This document shows, one piece after another, positions 8,973 through 18,336 of a stretch of DNA of 64,000 bases. The position numbers and the translations under genes were made by a program. Position 1 is the first letter of the stretch. Each line of letters opens with the position of its first letter. The notes beneath the pieces were generated by a model. That model had not been told where the DNA came from. It saw only the letters and a list, made by a program, of their open reading frames with translations, and made no database searches. This DNA is from Candidatus Avelusimicrobium gallicola (GTDB lineage: Bacteria > Elusimicrobiota > Elusimicrobia > Elusimicrobiales > UBA9959), in NCBI GenBank assembly GCA_020722185.1, contig DYLH01000005.1, positions 269-64,268 on the forward strand. The letters run 5' to 3'.

Positions 8973-10149
8973 TTTGGAAAACCACTTCTATATAATTTTC
9001 TCTCCAAAGTTTCAAATATTCTTTTAGAATATTTCTGTAAAGAGATATTATCTTCACATTTCTAAAATCCAATATGTCAAATGTTCTGGAAAAAGCTATG
9101 CAGTCATATCTCTTATTGCCTACTTTCTTTGCGCAAGGAAAATACCCAGTTGGGATAAATCTTGCATCTATTGCCATTCTTTGATATAGGGGATGATAGG
9201 CATCTATCAATATTTCCAGATAAGCCATATTCATTTCCCTCAGCTTACGCGCCGCGCTTTCGAGAACCACAACTGGATCTTTATCTGTGAAGCCGCCCAT
9301 GATAACGCTATATTTGTCCTTTGGATAATAGTGAAGATAAAGTTCTGTATTTCCATCTTTTGACACAAAAATAAGATTAGGATCATGGAATGGCATATAA
9401 GTAGACTTAAAAAAATCTCCGTGACTAATCTGCTTAAATCTCCTTTTCACAAATTCAGAAGCTGTGATTACTTCAAGTTCAATAACTGGTATTTTCTGTT
9501 TTTGATCGCTAAAATCTGTTTTGACATTTTCAACTTTAGGTTTGTCCAAATGCATCTGTTTTAAAACTATCTCATAAAAAGGCAAAACTTCTGGTATTAT
9601 ATTCGGGTGAGGTTTTCTTTTCTTTAATGAACTTTCTGTGTAATACGCGGTAAGGCAATGCGTTTCATTGTCATATACCTTATGTGTATTTGGGAAAATC
9701 CCAAGTTTTACAAAGCCAAGGCTATCTGTAAGTCGCTGTGGCGCAGAGCTTGCCGTTCTTGTTGTGGCATAAACAACATCCACTAAATTTCTCTTTTGGG
9801 TTATATCATCAAGCACCAACTTCATCATTATATAGGCTATATCATGCTTTCTAAATTCCATACTTACCACAGCGCCAAAAGCTTTTGAGAGCCTATCTTT
9901 CAAGTCCATGGCATAGACAAGACTGCCTATTATCCTTCCCTTGCACTCCGCCACAAGCCAGTAATAATTGTCGTTCTCTATGGCGGAACGCATTTTATCC
10001 CTATCCGTTATCAAGCTGACTGAATAAGAAGCGCCATATATCTCAGTATAAAGCATCTGTATTCGCCTCATATCCTGAGTTTTGGCAAGCCTTATTATCA
10101 CTTGGCCCTTGTCAGGCAGTTCTACTACCTTTTCTATTTTTTCCCTCAT
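8959..10149 (-). CDS. GNAT-family acyltransferase with a second GNAT-like C-terminal half
   Basis: N-terminal ~170 aa has GNAT layout (WLVAECKGRIIGSLVY...FRKHDIAYIMM...SLGFVKLG). 14-nt overlap with the LuxE-like gene. Confidence 0.55.
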   Translation of the reverse strand: MREKIEKVVELPDKGQVIIRLAKTQDMRRIQMLYTEIYGASYSVSLITDRDKMRSAIENDNYYWLVAECKGRIIGSLVYAMDLKDRLSKAFGAVVSMEFRKHDIAYIMMKLVLDDITQKRNLVDVVYATTRTASSAPQRLTDSLGFVKLGIFPNTHKVYDNETHCLTAYYTESSLKKRKPHPNIIPEVLPFYEIVLKQMHLDKPKVENVKTDFSDQKQKIPVIELEVITASEFVKRRFKQISHGDFFKSTYMPFHDPNLIFVSKDGNTELYLHYYPKDKYSVIMGGFTDKDPVVVLESAARKLREMNMAYLEILIDAYHPLYQRMAIDARFIPTGYFPCAKKVGNKRYDCIAFSRTFDILDFRNVKIISLYRNILKEYLKLWRENYIEVVFQNERT

Positions 10150-10227
10150 GATTTATATTCTACCAAAATACAAGCTTTGATTTTTTGACCACAAAATATA
10201 TAATAGTATTTCCATGAGGTAAAAAGT

Positions 10228-10959
10228 ATGATAAAAGTCATATTTAATTTTCTCTTGTTTACTTTTATTTTCTCATTTTTCACATCCTGCGCTTCCTTTA
10301 AAACTATGGATCCTTTCCCTAGGAAAATAATTTATCAGGCCTCAAATGACAAAGAAAAAAGACCTTTTTCAAAAATACTTGTAAGATGGAGAAACTTTCC
10401 ACTTTTGACATTTCAAAATACCATTGGATATACAGATGAAGAAAAAGCCAAAATAAAGCCAGAAGAAGTTCCTTATAGTCATTACATAAAGTTCAAAAAA
10501 AGGATCATAAAAGCTTTCAAAGAGACTGGTTTATACGATGAAAAAAATGGAAAAGGCACGGTTAAAATTGATCTGACTTCTTATGGGAGGTGGACATATG
10601 GTGATCTGACAAAAAGTTTTTTGACTGAAACTTCATTCATATACATACTGCCGCAATCTCTTAAAGTAAACTATCATATGAAAGTTGAAATAGAAAGAGA
10701 AGGGCAGACAAAAAGCGCAGAAGAATTTTCATATATAAAAACCACTTTCCATCTTCTAATTTTCCCTCTTTATCCTTTTTCAAGTTTTTCTTCCGCTGAG
10801 AGAGGAATACTAAAAAATATGGCATGGAAAGCTGTAACAGATGCATATTCATTGGATAAAGGAATAGAAATAGAAAAGAAAAAATTTGACGATTTTTCAG
10901 AAAAAACCCAAAAAAAGCAGAAAGTAGAGAAAACAGAAGAACAAAAACAAGACTACTAG
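10228..10959 (+). CDS. Hypothetical lipoprotein with K/E-rich C-terminal tail
   Basis: Signal peptide plus lipobox (FSFFTSC). No recognisable catalytic motif. Confidence 0.5.
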   Translation: MIKVIFNFLLFTFIFSFFTSCASFKTMDPFPRKIIYQASNDKEKRPFSKILVRWRNFPLLTFQNTIGYTDEEKAKIKPEEVPYSHYIKFKKRIIKAFKETGLYDEKNGKGTVKIDLTSYGRWTYGDLTKSFLTETSFIYILPQSLKVNYHMKVEIEREGQTKSAEEFSYIKTTFHLLIFPLYPFSSFSSAERGILKNMAWKAVTDAYSLDKGIEIEKKKFDDFSEKTQKKQKVEKTEEQKQDY

Positions 10960-11041
10960 CCTGAAAATTTCAGTTGCAAGAAGGACAGATATAAAGCGCT
11001 ACAGCGAATAAGCGTGAAAGAGCGGCATTGTAAAAATAACT

Positions 11042-11080
11042 TTAGAACTTATGAAATTGCGAACTAATGCACTTTTTCAC
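11042..11080 (+). repeat. Intergenic repeat TTAGAACTTA-Y-(GAAATTGC)-GAACTAAT-N4-TTTTTCA, copy B
   Basis: TTAGAACTTATGAAATTGCGAACTAATGCACTTTTTCAC aligns with 24521-24550 (TTAGAACTTACGAACTAATATAGTTTTTCA), differing by an 8-nt insertion. Both copies lie just 3' of the stop codon of a minus-strand gene. Confidence 0.6.
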
Positions 11081-11086
11081 TGTCCT

Positions 11087-14000
11087 CTACTTCAGTATCA
11101 TGTCTGCCTGAGACTTTAATTCCTGATTCATTTCAATAGCTTTTTGAGTAAATATCTTCGCTTCTTCCTTTTTACCCATTTTCACATAAGCTCTGGCAGT
11201 GTTAATAAAAATATTTTCGTCGTATGGATCCAGAGTGGATGCCTTCTCATAATACTCAGCAGCCTTTGCGTATTCTCCTTTTATAAAGAAGACATTGCCA
11301 AGATCATTTATCACAGCTGAATTATATTCATCTTTTAAAAGAATTTCATTGAATATCTTCTCAGCTTCTTCAAGTTTCCCATAACCGCTATAGAGAATTC
11401 CCAGATTTATGTAAGCGGATAAATCATTAGGATCACTCTTTATCCCTTGCATATAGAGATTTTCATAAAAAGAGAATCTTTTCTCAGACAGTAAATCCAG
11501 TTCTTTGGCAATATCTTCATATGTGGATTCTGTGGAAAGCTTGAATTCATCAGACATATCGGGCAATGTCACCGGCTCAAATTTTGACATAGCTTTATCT
11601 AAATCCACAACTTTGACATTGTCTTTGGCATTCTTATACATATCAGCCGCATATTTTACGGATTCATAAAAACTCTTGCCAAGCATTGTGGTCTCAATAG
11701 GGACATAATACCTGTTCTCATACCTTATTATGAGTTCATCTGGAAGACCAACCTCACTTATTTCCTGAGCTTTTGTCTCAAACATCACAGCAATGTGCCC
11801 CGGATAGTCAAGTATTTTTACCACAGCCCCTACAGACTCAAACATGGTGGCAAAAAGAACAGTTAAATCATCACAATCTCCGCTTTTCAACTTAAGCGTA
11901 TTGCGCGGGAACTGAACAGTATCTGTCAGGATAGAGTCTGAACTTTTAACTGAGGTGTATGGATTTGACGGATCAGGGATATATGAAATTGGATATTTAG
12001 ATAGATTGTGCCATATTATTGTAGCCATTATGACACTGTCGTCAAAGCCTTTCTTATTGTCAAACTTTGACTTCTGCGCCAGCATAGCTCTTGAAAAAGC
12101 GTATACTGGCGGATCTTTTACAGTGACAAAATTTGCTATCCTTTCAGTATTATCCCATGTTATGGCGTTTTTAGACAGTATCTTTATTGGTTTGTTTATA
12201 AGACTCTGATTTTCTTTCCCATCCCTGTAGTATGAAACAGTAAGCTGCGCCTGTACCGGGGTATCTTCGTTTATGGTAAGTATTCTATTATTTAGCGTAG
12301 CTTTGAGCTCCACATATGAAGATGACATTGACTTAAGTTCCGGGATTATTATGTCGCTTGGGAAATCCATATAATCCTTAAGGAAAAAAGACACTTTCAC
12401 ATTGCTGAAATTTTCTTCGGTATTATTTTTAACCAAAACTTTGCCCACTGGATTGTCTATATAGTATTTGTAATTAGCAGAGAATATGTAATTGAGCTCA
12501 ACAGGTACTATTTCTACCGGCGGTTTATTTTTAAAACTCTCATCGCTTTCAACAACTGGCTCTTCAACTTTCTTTTTTATTCCTTCGAAGTAAACACTCG
12601 CTATATCAGAAAAAATCTCATCATTTTTGCCAGAAGATGCAATTCTGTAGTAAAATGTTCCTTCATCTTTGAGAGAAGAATCAGTCCATGAGACAGTTTT
12701 CACACTGTCCACCTTTTTCAAACCATCTGGACTTTTACCCTTGTATATATCAAACTTTTTCACAAAGGAAGAGTTTGCAACTGTCCATGAAACTTCAACT
12801 GAATCAGAGCTAATCTTTGCTGAAACATTTTCAGGTTTTGGCGGAAAATAGACCATATCATATGAAGCTAATTTTGAATTTGCTGGATCTGAAACGAAAA
12901 GTTTTTCTCCATAAATTCTCACAATAGTTGGCTCATAAAATTCCATTTTTCCATGTCCTTTGGCAAAAAAGGATGAAATATAATTTCCTTTTTTACCATA
13001 AACCGATACATTAGACTTTTCCCTGTCGAGAAAATAGAAGTATCCCATACCATCGTAGTCAAAAGAGACGGGTTTCGACAAAGCTGATATATCCCATGAA
13101 TTTATATACTTTCCATTTGAGTCAACTACTATAACTTTTTTAAGTTCCGAGTCTAAAATGTAAAGGGTATTGTTCTCATCCACCTTTACATCGGAAGGTT
13201 TTAGCAACTTAATGCCACCTATTTCTGGCCCTACGGTAAATAGAAAAATGCCATCCTTATTAAAAGCCTGCACCATAGAAAAACCAGAGTCTGCCACATA
13301 AATTTTTCCATTCAAATCGCAGGCAATTGACACAGGAGAGCTAAATTTTCCCTCTTTATTTTTTTCTAAAAATCCGACTTTCCCTCCAAAGAAAGAGTTA
13401 TATTTGCCATCTTTTGAAAAAATTTGAACCCTGCCATTTCCAGTATCGGACACATACAACTTACTTGAGTTAAAAACCATATCAGCTGGATCTTTTACAG
13501 AACCTTCGGCTTCGCCATATCCTAAAAACGCTTTTTTAGATTCCCCGGAAATTAAATATACCTTTTTATCTTTTTTGTCATAGTAAGAAAGAGAGTCGCC
13601 CAAAAAGGCAAATGAATGAGCAGAAATCGGGTATGAATTTGAAGGGTTTAGTTTTAAAAGGCTATATTCTTGCGCTTCAGATAATTTATCTAAGTGTTTA
13701 GAGTTTTCCAGTTTGAGAACCATTATTTTCTTGTTTTTAGGATCCAAAATTATAAGATCGCCATTCTCATCAACTTCAAGATCTGCAAATGAAAGAAATT
13801 CAAATTTAGCTCTGCCTTTTGTGCCAAATGAGCTTATATCAGAAAAATCTCTATCTAATTCCTTCACCTTTCCATCCTTATTCCATGCCAGGTATATCAA
13901 GCCATAGTCATTCACAGCCAAAGCAGATGAAGCAATATTTTTTTCAGATTCCAATCTGCCATTCAGATCATATTTTTGAATCAACTTTGAATTTGAATCT

Positions 14001-14536
14001 GACACATAAATGAATCCACTTCTGTCAATGTAGATATTAGAAGGAGATATTTTCTTTAAGCCATCTCTGCTGACAAGTGGAAATCCGTAAAGATAAATCC
14101 CGTTTGAATCAAAGACCTCTATTTTTGACGCGCCTCTATTTGCTATGTAAACCTTCCCATTGAAAAATTTAATATCCGAAGGATCAGATAGTTGTCCATT
14201 TTCCTTGCCTTTGGCTCCGAAAGAAAAAAGAAACTCCCCTTTAAGAGAATAAACACTTATGAGAGAAGAATGACAATCAAGCACATAAATTTTTTCTTTA
14301 CTTGCTGTGATAGAGCAATAAGATCCCGAGGGCAATGTCGTTTTAGAAACAAAAGTAAATGATGAGTTATAAACAGAAATTTGATCCTTAGAAAGCACAT
14401 AAAAAAGATTATTTTCTTTGGCAACTGACACAGCAGAAGATATTGTAGAATCACTTATCTGTCCTATGAAATCTATCTTTTCATAAGCTGAAATATTTGA
14501 AACAAAAAAAGAAATGACAAAAACAAAAAAATTCAT
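11087..14536 (-). CDS. Secreted multidomain protein: NHL-repeat beta-propeller(s), FN3, transglutaminase-like cysteine protease core, TPR
   Basis: Signal peptide present. Repeated NHL units (DPSDIKFFNGKVYIANRGASKIEVFDSNG; DPADMVFNSSKLYVSDTGNGRVQIFSKDG; SPVSIACDLNGKIYVADSGFSMVQAFNKDG). FN3-like PENVSAKISSDSVEVSWT...GTFYYRIAS. Transglutaminase core KSGDCDDLTVLFATMFESVG...GHIAVMFE. C-terminal TPRs (GKLEEAEKIFNEIL, GEYAKAAEYYEKA). Confidence 0.65.
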   Translation of the reverse strand: MNFFVFVISFFVSNISAYEKIDFIGQISDSTISSAVSVAKENNLFYVLSKDQISVYNSSFTFVSKTTLPSGSYCSITASKEKIYVLDCHSSLISVYSLKGEFLFSFGAKGKENGQLSDPSDIKFFNGKVYIANRGASKIEVFDSNGIYLYGFPLVSRDGLKKISPSNIYIDRSGFIYVSDSNSKLIQKYDLNGRLESEKNIASSALAVNDYGLIYLAWNKDGKVKELDRDFSDISSFGTKGRAKFEFLSFADLEVDENGDLIILDPKNKKIMVLKLENSKHLDKLSEAQEYSLLKLNPSNSYPISAHSFAFLGDSLSYYDKKDKKVYLISGESKKAFLGYGEAEGSVKDPADMVFNSSKLYVSDTGNGRVQIFSKDGKYNSFFGGKVGFLEKNKEGKFSSPVSIACDLNGKIYVADSGFSMVQAFNKDGIFLFTVGPEIGGIKLLKPSDVKVDENNTLYILDSELKKVIVVDSNGKYINSWDISALSKPVSFDYDGMGYFYFLDREKSNVSVYGKKGNYISSFFAKGHGKMEFYEPTIVRIYGEKLFVSDPANSKLASYDMVYFPPKPENVSAKISSDSVEVSWTVANSSFVKKFDIYKGKSPDGLKKVDSVKTVSWTDSSLKDEGTFYYRIASSGKNDEIFSDIASVYFEGIKKKVEEPVVESDESFKNKPPVEIVPVELNYIFSANYKYYIDNPVGKVLVKNNTEENFSNVKVSFFLKDYMDFPSDIIIPELKSMSSSYVELKATLNNRILTINEDTPVQAQLTVSYYRDGKENQSLINKPIKILSKNAITWDNTERIANFVTVKDPPVYAFSRAMLAQKSKFDNKKGFDDSVIMATIIWHNLSKYPISYIPDPSNPYTSVKSSDSILTDTVQFPRNTLKLKSGDCDDLTVLFATMFESVGAVVKILDYPGHIAVMFETKAQEISEVGLPDELIIRYENRYYVPIETTMLGKSFYESVKYAADMYKNAKDNVKVVDLDKAMSKFEPVTLPDMSDEFKLSTESTYEDIAKELDLLSEKRFSFYENLYMQGIKSDPNDLSAYINLGILYSGYGKLEEAEKIFNEILLKDEYNSAVINDLGNVFFIKGEYAKAAEYYEKASTLDPYDENIFINTARAYVKMGKKEEAKIFTQKAIEMNQELKSQADMILK

Positions 14537-14641
14537 TATTCCTCCCTAAATCTCAGGATATGTCAAATTCTATAATATTTGACTTAGTGTGGCAATAGTA
14601 AGAAATTACACAAAACTCTTGACATTACCTTGTCTAGCGTG

Positions 14642-14670
14642 GTTTGATTTTTGCAAGCCAATATTATAAT
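14642..14670 (+). promoter_or_regulatory. Candidate sigma70-type promoter of the sdh operon
   Basis: Perfect TATAAT at 14665-14670, with a weak -35 (GTTTGA, 17-nt spacer) at 14642-14647. Sits ~45 nt upstream of the start. Not validated. Confidence 0.3.
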
Positions 14671-14712
14671 ATTTTAGCATAGCTTTACTTTGAAATCCTA
14701 AGGAAGGTGTAT

Positions 14713-15405
14713 ATGAACTTCAAATATATTGTGCGTATGCCATTTTCTTCAATAGGCAGAAAAATTCTTATGGCTTCAAGCGGTTTGCTCCTGGCCTTAT
14801 TCATGCTTGTTCATCTTGGCGAAAATCTGTTGATCTTAAAAGGAGAATCCGCATACAATGGCTGGGTGGATTTACTCCTTTCTAATCCGCTTATACCAGC
14901 AATGGAAGTTGGTTTATTGGTCCTCTTTTTGCTCCATATATTTTTTGGCCTATGGGTAAGATTCGAGGATTGGAAGAATTCAAGAAAGAGGAACTATGAA
15001 GTAAACAAAAGCCAGGGAGGAAGGACAATAGGATCTGCCACAATGCTTTACACAGCATTTGCTCTTCTTTTATATCTGGTGTATCATATGATTCATTTTA
15101 GATTTGCTGATCACTCAATGGGATTTTATCAGATGGTTACAGAAGCTTTCAGAGATAAATTCTTTGTGAGCATTTATGTGCTTGGAGCTCTGGCGCTAGC
15201 TCTTCATTTAAGTCATGGTTTTCAAAGCGCTTTTCAAACTCTGGGGATTCAACATGAAAAATACACTCCTGTGATAAAGGCTACGGGATGGATAGTGTCT
15301 GCATTAATGATATTGTTCGCTTTTATATCCATCTATTTTTTTGCTGGGTTTGACGCCAAACTGCAATATGAACAAGAAAAAGTGCTGGAAACAGTTATAG
15401 AATAA
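14713..15405 (+). CDS. sdhC: Succinate dehydrogenase/fumarate reductase cytochrome b subunit (single-subunit b558 type)
   Basis: Five hydrophobic helices with conserved His positions ([33 protein letters not shown]). C-A-B gene order. ATG at 14713 preferred over GTG at 14707 because AAGGAAGG lies 6 nt upstream. Confidence 0.7.
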   Translation: MNFKYIVRMPFSSIGRKILMASSGLLLALFMLVHLGENLLILKGESAYNGWVDLLLSNPLIPAMEVGLLVLFLLHIFFGLWVRFEDWKNSRKRNYEVNKSQGGRTIGSATMLYTAFALLLYLVYHMIHFRFADHSMGFYQMVTEAFRDKFFVSIYVLGALALALHLSHGFQSAFQTLGIQHEKYTPVIKATGWIVSALMILFAFISIYFFAGFDAKLQYEQEKVLETVIE

Positions 15406-15415
15406 GGAGAAAAAA

Positions 15416-17326
15416 ATGAAACTTGATTCTAAAATACCCTCCGGGAATATTCAACAAAAATGGGACAATTATAAATTCAACGCGAAGCTGGTAAATCCTA
15501 ATAATAGGAAGAAATTTGACATAATAATAGTTGGCAGTGGACTATCCGGCGCTTCCGCCGCTGCCTCACTCGGAGAACAGGGGTATAATGTAAAACTTTT
15601 CACTATACCAGATTCACCGAGAAGGGCGCATTCCATAGCGGCTCAAGGTGGAATAAATGCCGCTAAAAATTACAAGTACGACGGTGACTCTGTTTATAGG
15701 CTTTTTTATGACACGATAAAAGGCGGAGATTACAGAGCCAGAGAAGCCAATGTGTACAGATTGGCCCAGATATCAAATCAGATAATAGACCATTGTGTTG
15801 CGACAGGTGTCCCTTTTGCCAGAGAATACGGAGGGCTTTTAGCCAACAGATCCTTTGGGGGAGCGCAAGTCTCAAGAACTTTTTATGCCAGAGGACAGAC
15901 AGGGCAACAACTTTTACTTGGGGCGTATTCTCAAATGATGAGGCAGGCCGCGGCTGGAACTGTAAAAATTTTTCCCAGAAGAGAAATGTTAGACATAGTA
16001 ATTAAGGATGGGAAAGCAAGAGGAATAATAGTAAGAAACCTTGTAACAGGTGAATTGGAGACTTACTTAGGACATGCTGTACTATTGTGTACTGGAGGAT
16101 ATGCAAATGTTTTCTACCTTTCCACAAACGCGGCCAATTGCAATGTCTCTGCGGCATGGGCGGCATATAAAAAAGGTGCAGGATTTGCAAATCCATGTTT
16201 TACTCAAATACATCCCACCTGCATTCCTCGATCAGGAGAACATCAATCAAAGCTGACATTAATGAGTGAAAGTCTTAGAAATGACGGCAGGGTTTGGGTG
16301 CCAAAGAAAAAAGGTGATTCGAGAAACCCTTCCGAAATACCCGAAGATGAAAGAGACTATTATCTGGAAAGGATATATCCCGCCTTTGGAAATCTTGTGC
16401 CAAGAGATATAGCGTCCAGAGCGGCGAAAAGAATGATAGATGAAGGTAGAGGAGTTGGCCCTACCGGTCAAGCAGTATATCTGGACTTTGCTGATGCCAT
16501 AGCCAAACAAGGCGAAGACAAGATAAAAGAAAAATATGGAAATCTCTTTGATATGTATTACCGTATAACTGACGAAAACGGATATAAAACACCAATGAGA
16601 ATATATCCCGCTCCACATTACACTATGGGTGGACTGTGGGTTGATTATGAGCTGATGACCACTGTTGAAGGGCTTTTTGCTTTAGGTGAAGCAAACTTTT
16701 CAGACCACGGGGCAAACAGGCTGGGAGCAAGCGCTCTTATGCAAGGACTAGCAGATGGGTACTTTGTAATATCCGCCACACTGCCAAATTATCTTGCTAA
16801 TGCTAAATTCAATTCTGTATCTGAATCAGATGATGAGTTTGTTCATGCAAGAGAATCAGTTTCATCAAAAATAAAGAAATTGTTATCCATAAAAGGATCA
16901 AAAACTCCTACAGAGTTTCATAGAGAATTAGGGAATATAATGTGGGATTTGTGCGGGATGTCAAGAAGCGAAGAATCTCTGAAAAAAGCATTGAAAGAAA
17001 TACCAAAACTTAAAGAAGAGTTTTGGCAAAATGTATATGTCCCCCAAAATGAAAAATTCAATCAGACCCTTGAAAAGGCTTTGAAAGTTGCTGATTTTAT
17101 TGAATTTGCTCAATTGCTGGTCAAAGACGCTCTTGAAAGGCGCGAATCATGCGGAGGGCATTTCAGAGAGGAATCTACAACTAAAGAAGGTGAAGCTAAG
17201 AGAGATGATGAAAATTTCTCATTTGTTAGCGTTTGGGAATATGCGGGGGAAGGGAAAGAGCCGATTCTCAATAAAGAGGAACTTAAATTTGAGAATCTTA
17301 AACCAACAGTTAGAAGCTATAAATAG
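15416..17326 (+). CDS. sdhA: Succinate dehydrogenase/fumarate reductase flavoprotein subunit
   Basis: FAD-binding [21 protein letters not shown]. Covalent-FAD histidine context [15 protein letters not shown]. 636 aa. Confidence 0.9.
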   Translation: MKLDSKIPSGNIQQKWDNYKFNAKLVNPNNRKKFDIIIVGSGLSGASAAASLGEQGYNVKLFTIPDSPRRAHSIAAQGGINAAKNYKYDGDSVYRLFYDTIKGGDYRAREANVYRLAQISNQIIDHCVATGVPFAREYGGLLANRSFGGAQVSRTFYARGQTGQQLLLGAYSQMMRQAAAGTVKIFPRREMLDIVIKDGKARGIIVRNLVTGELETYLGHAVLLCTGGYANVFYLSTNAANCNVSAAWAAYKKGAGFANPCFTQIHPTCIPRSGEHQSKLTLMSESLRNDGRVWVPKKKGDSRNPSEIPEDERDYYLERIYPAFGNLVPRDIASRAAKRMIDEGRGVGPTGQAVYLDFADAIAKQGEDKIKEKYGNLFDMYYRITDENGYKTPMRIYPAPHYTMGGLWVDYELMTTVEGLFALGEANFSDHGANRLGASALMQGLADGYFVISATLPNYLANAKFNSVSESDDEFVHARESVSSKIKKLLSIKGSKTPTEFHRELGNIMWDLCGMSRSEESLKKALKEIPKLKEEFWQNVYVPQNEKFNQTLEKALKVADFIEFAQLLVKDALERRESCGGHFREESTTKEGEAKRDDENFSFVSVWEYAGEGKEPILNKEELKFENLKPTVRSYK

Positions 17327-17340
17327 GTGGAGGACATAAA

Positions 17341-18105
17341 ATGGAGAAAAAAACTTTTGGAATAACATTGCGAGTCTGGAAACAGGAACAGGGAGAGCAG
17401 ACAGGGCATTTTGAGATTTATAAAATTGATGGACTGACAGGGGATATTTCTTTCCTTGAAATGCTTGATATACTGAATGAAAAACTTCTCAAAGAAGGAC
17501 GCGAGCCCATAGCAGTTGAGAGCGACTGCAGAGAAGGCATTTGCGGTTGTTGCGGACTTGTGATAAATGGCGATGTTCACGGCCCTGATGAGCACTCCAC
17601 AGTCTGCCAGCTTCACATGAGAAGATTTAAAGACAAAGATGTGATAACTATTGAACCTTTTAGAGCGGCGCCATTTCCACCGATAAAAGATTTAGTTATA
17701 GATAGATCAGCCATGGACTCAATAATAAAAGCCGGAGGATATATTTCAGTAAATACCGGATCTGCTCCAGACGCAAATTCCATACCAATTGAAAAAGCTC
17801 AAGCGGAAAAAGCTATGGATTTCGCGGCCTGTATAGGATGTGGCGCATGCGTAGCTGCCTGTCCAAACAGCGCGGCTATGCTTTTTACAGGAGCAAAAAT
17901 AGCGCAACTATCCCTTTTGCCTCAGGGCAATCCAGAAAGGAATATTAGAGTTCTTAACATGGTTAAAGCTATGGACTCGCTTGGTTTTGGCAATTGCTCT
18001 AATGAGTATGAGTGCGAGGCAGTATGTCCTAAGGAAATAAGGATCTCAGCCATAGCAAAAATGAACAGAGAATTTATAAAAGCTAATTTTGCGTCTGAAC
18101 AATGA
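17341..18105 (+). CDS. sdhB: Succinate dehydrogenase/fumarate reductase iron-sulfur subunit
   Basis: Three Cys clusters: CREGICGCCG, CIGCGACVAACP, CSNEYECEAVCP. Confidence 0.9.
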   Translation: MEKKTFGITLRVWKQEQGEQTGHFEIYKIDGLTGDISFLEMLDILNEKLLKEGREPIAVESDCREGICGCCGLVINGDVHGPDEHSTVCQLHMRRFKDKDVITIEPFRAAPFPPIKDLVIDRSAMDSIIKAGGYISVNTGSAPDANSIPIEKAQAEKAMDFAACIGCGACVAACPNSAAMLFTGAKIAQLSLLPQGNPERNIRVLNMVKAMDSLGFGNCSNEYECEAVCPKEIRISAIAKMNREFIKANFASEQ

Positions 18106-18150
18106 GGTTATTTATCTAGAGTATATTCACAGTTAAAATTAGCTGATTTT

Positions 18151-18260
18151 GAGGCGAGACAAGGGGCGAGGAGAGAGCATACGCTAGTCTGTAAGCGAAG
18201 AGCAAAGAAGTTGCAGACCAAAAGCGGCAATTTGAAGATTAAAGGAAAGTTAGAATTTTT
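18151..18260 (+). repeat. Intergenic repeat-family member (AAGCG/AGCGGCA words followed by TTAGAATTT)
   Basis: AAGCGAAGAGC...AGCGGCAATTTGAAG...TTAGAATTT mirrors AAGCGTGAAAGAGCGGCATTGTAAAA...TTAGAACTTA at 11010-11051. It fills most of the 231-nt sdhB-fumarase spacer. Aligned by eye only. Confidence 0.4.
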
Positions 18261-18336
18261 TTTCTCTTTTATTTTTACATAGATAAAAAGACTTTCCGAT
18301 AGACTTTTTTAGGAATACCTGTTCAGGGGGATTGAT

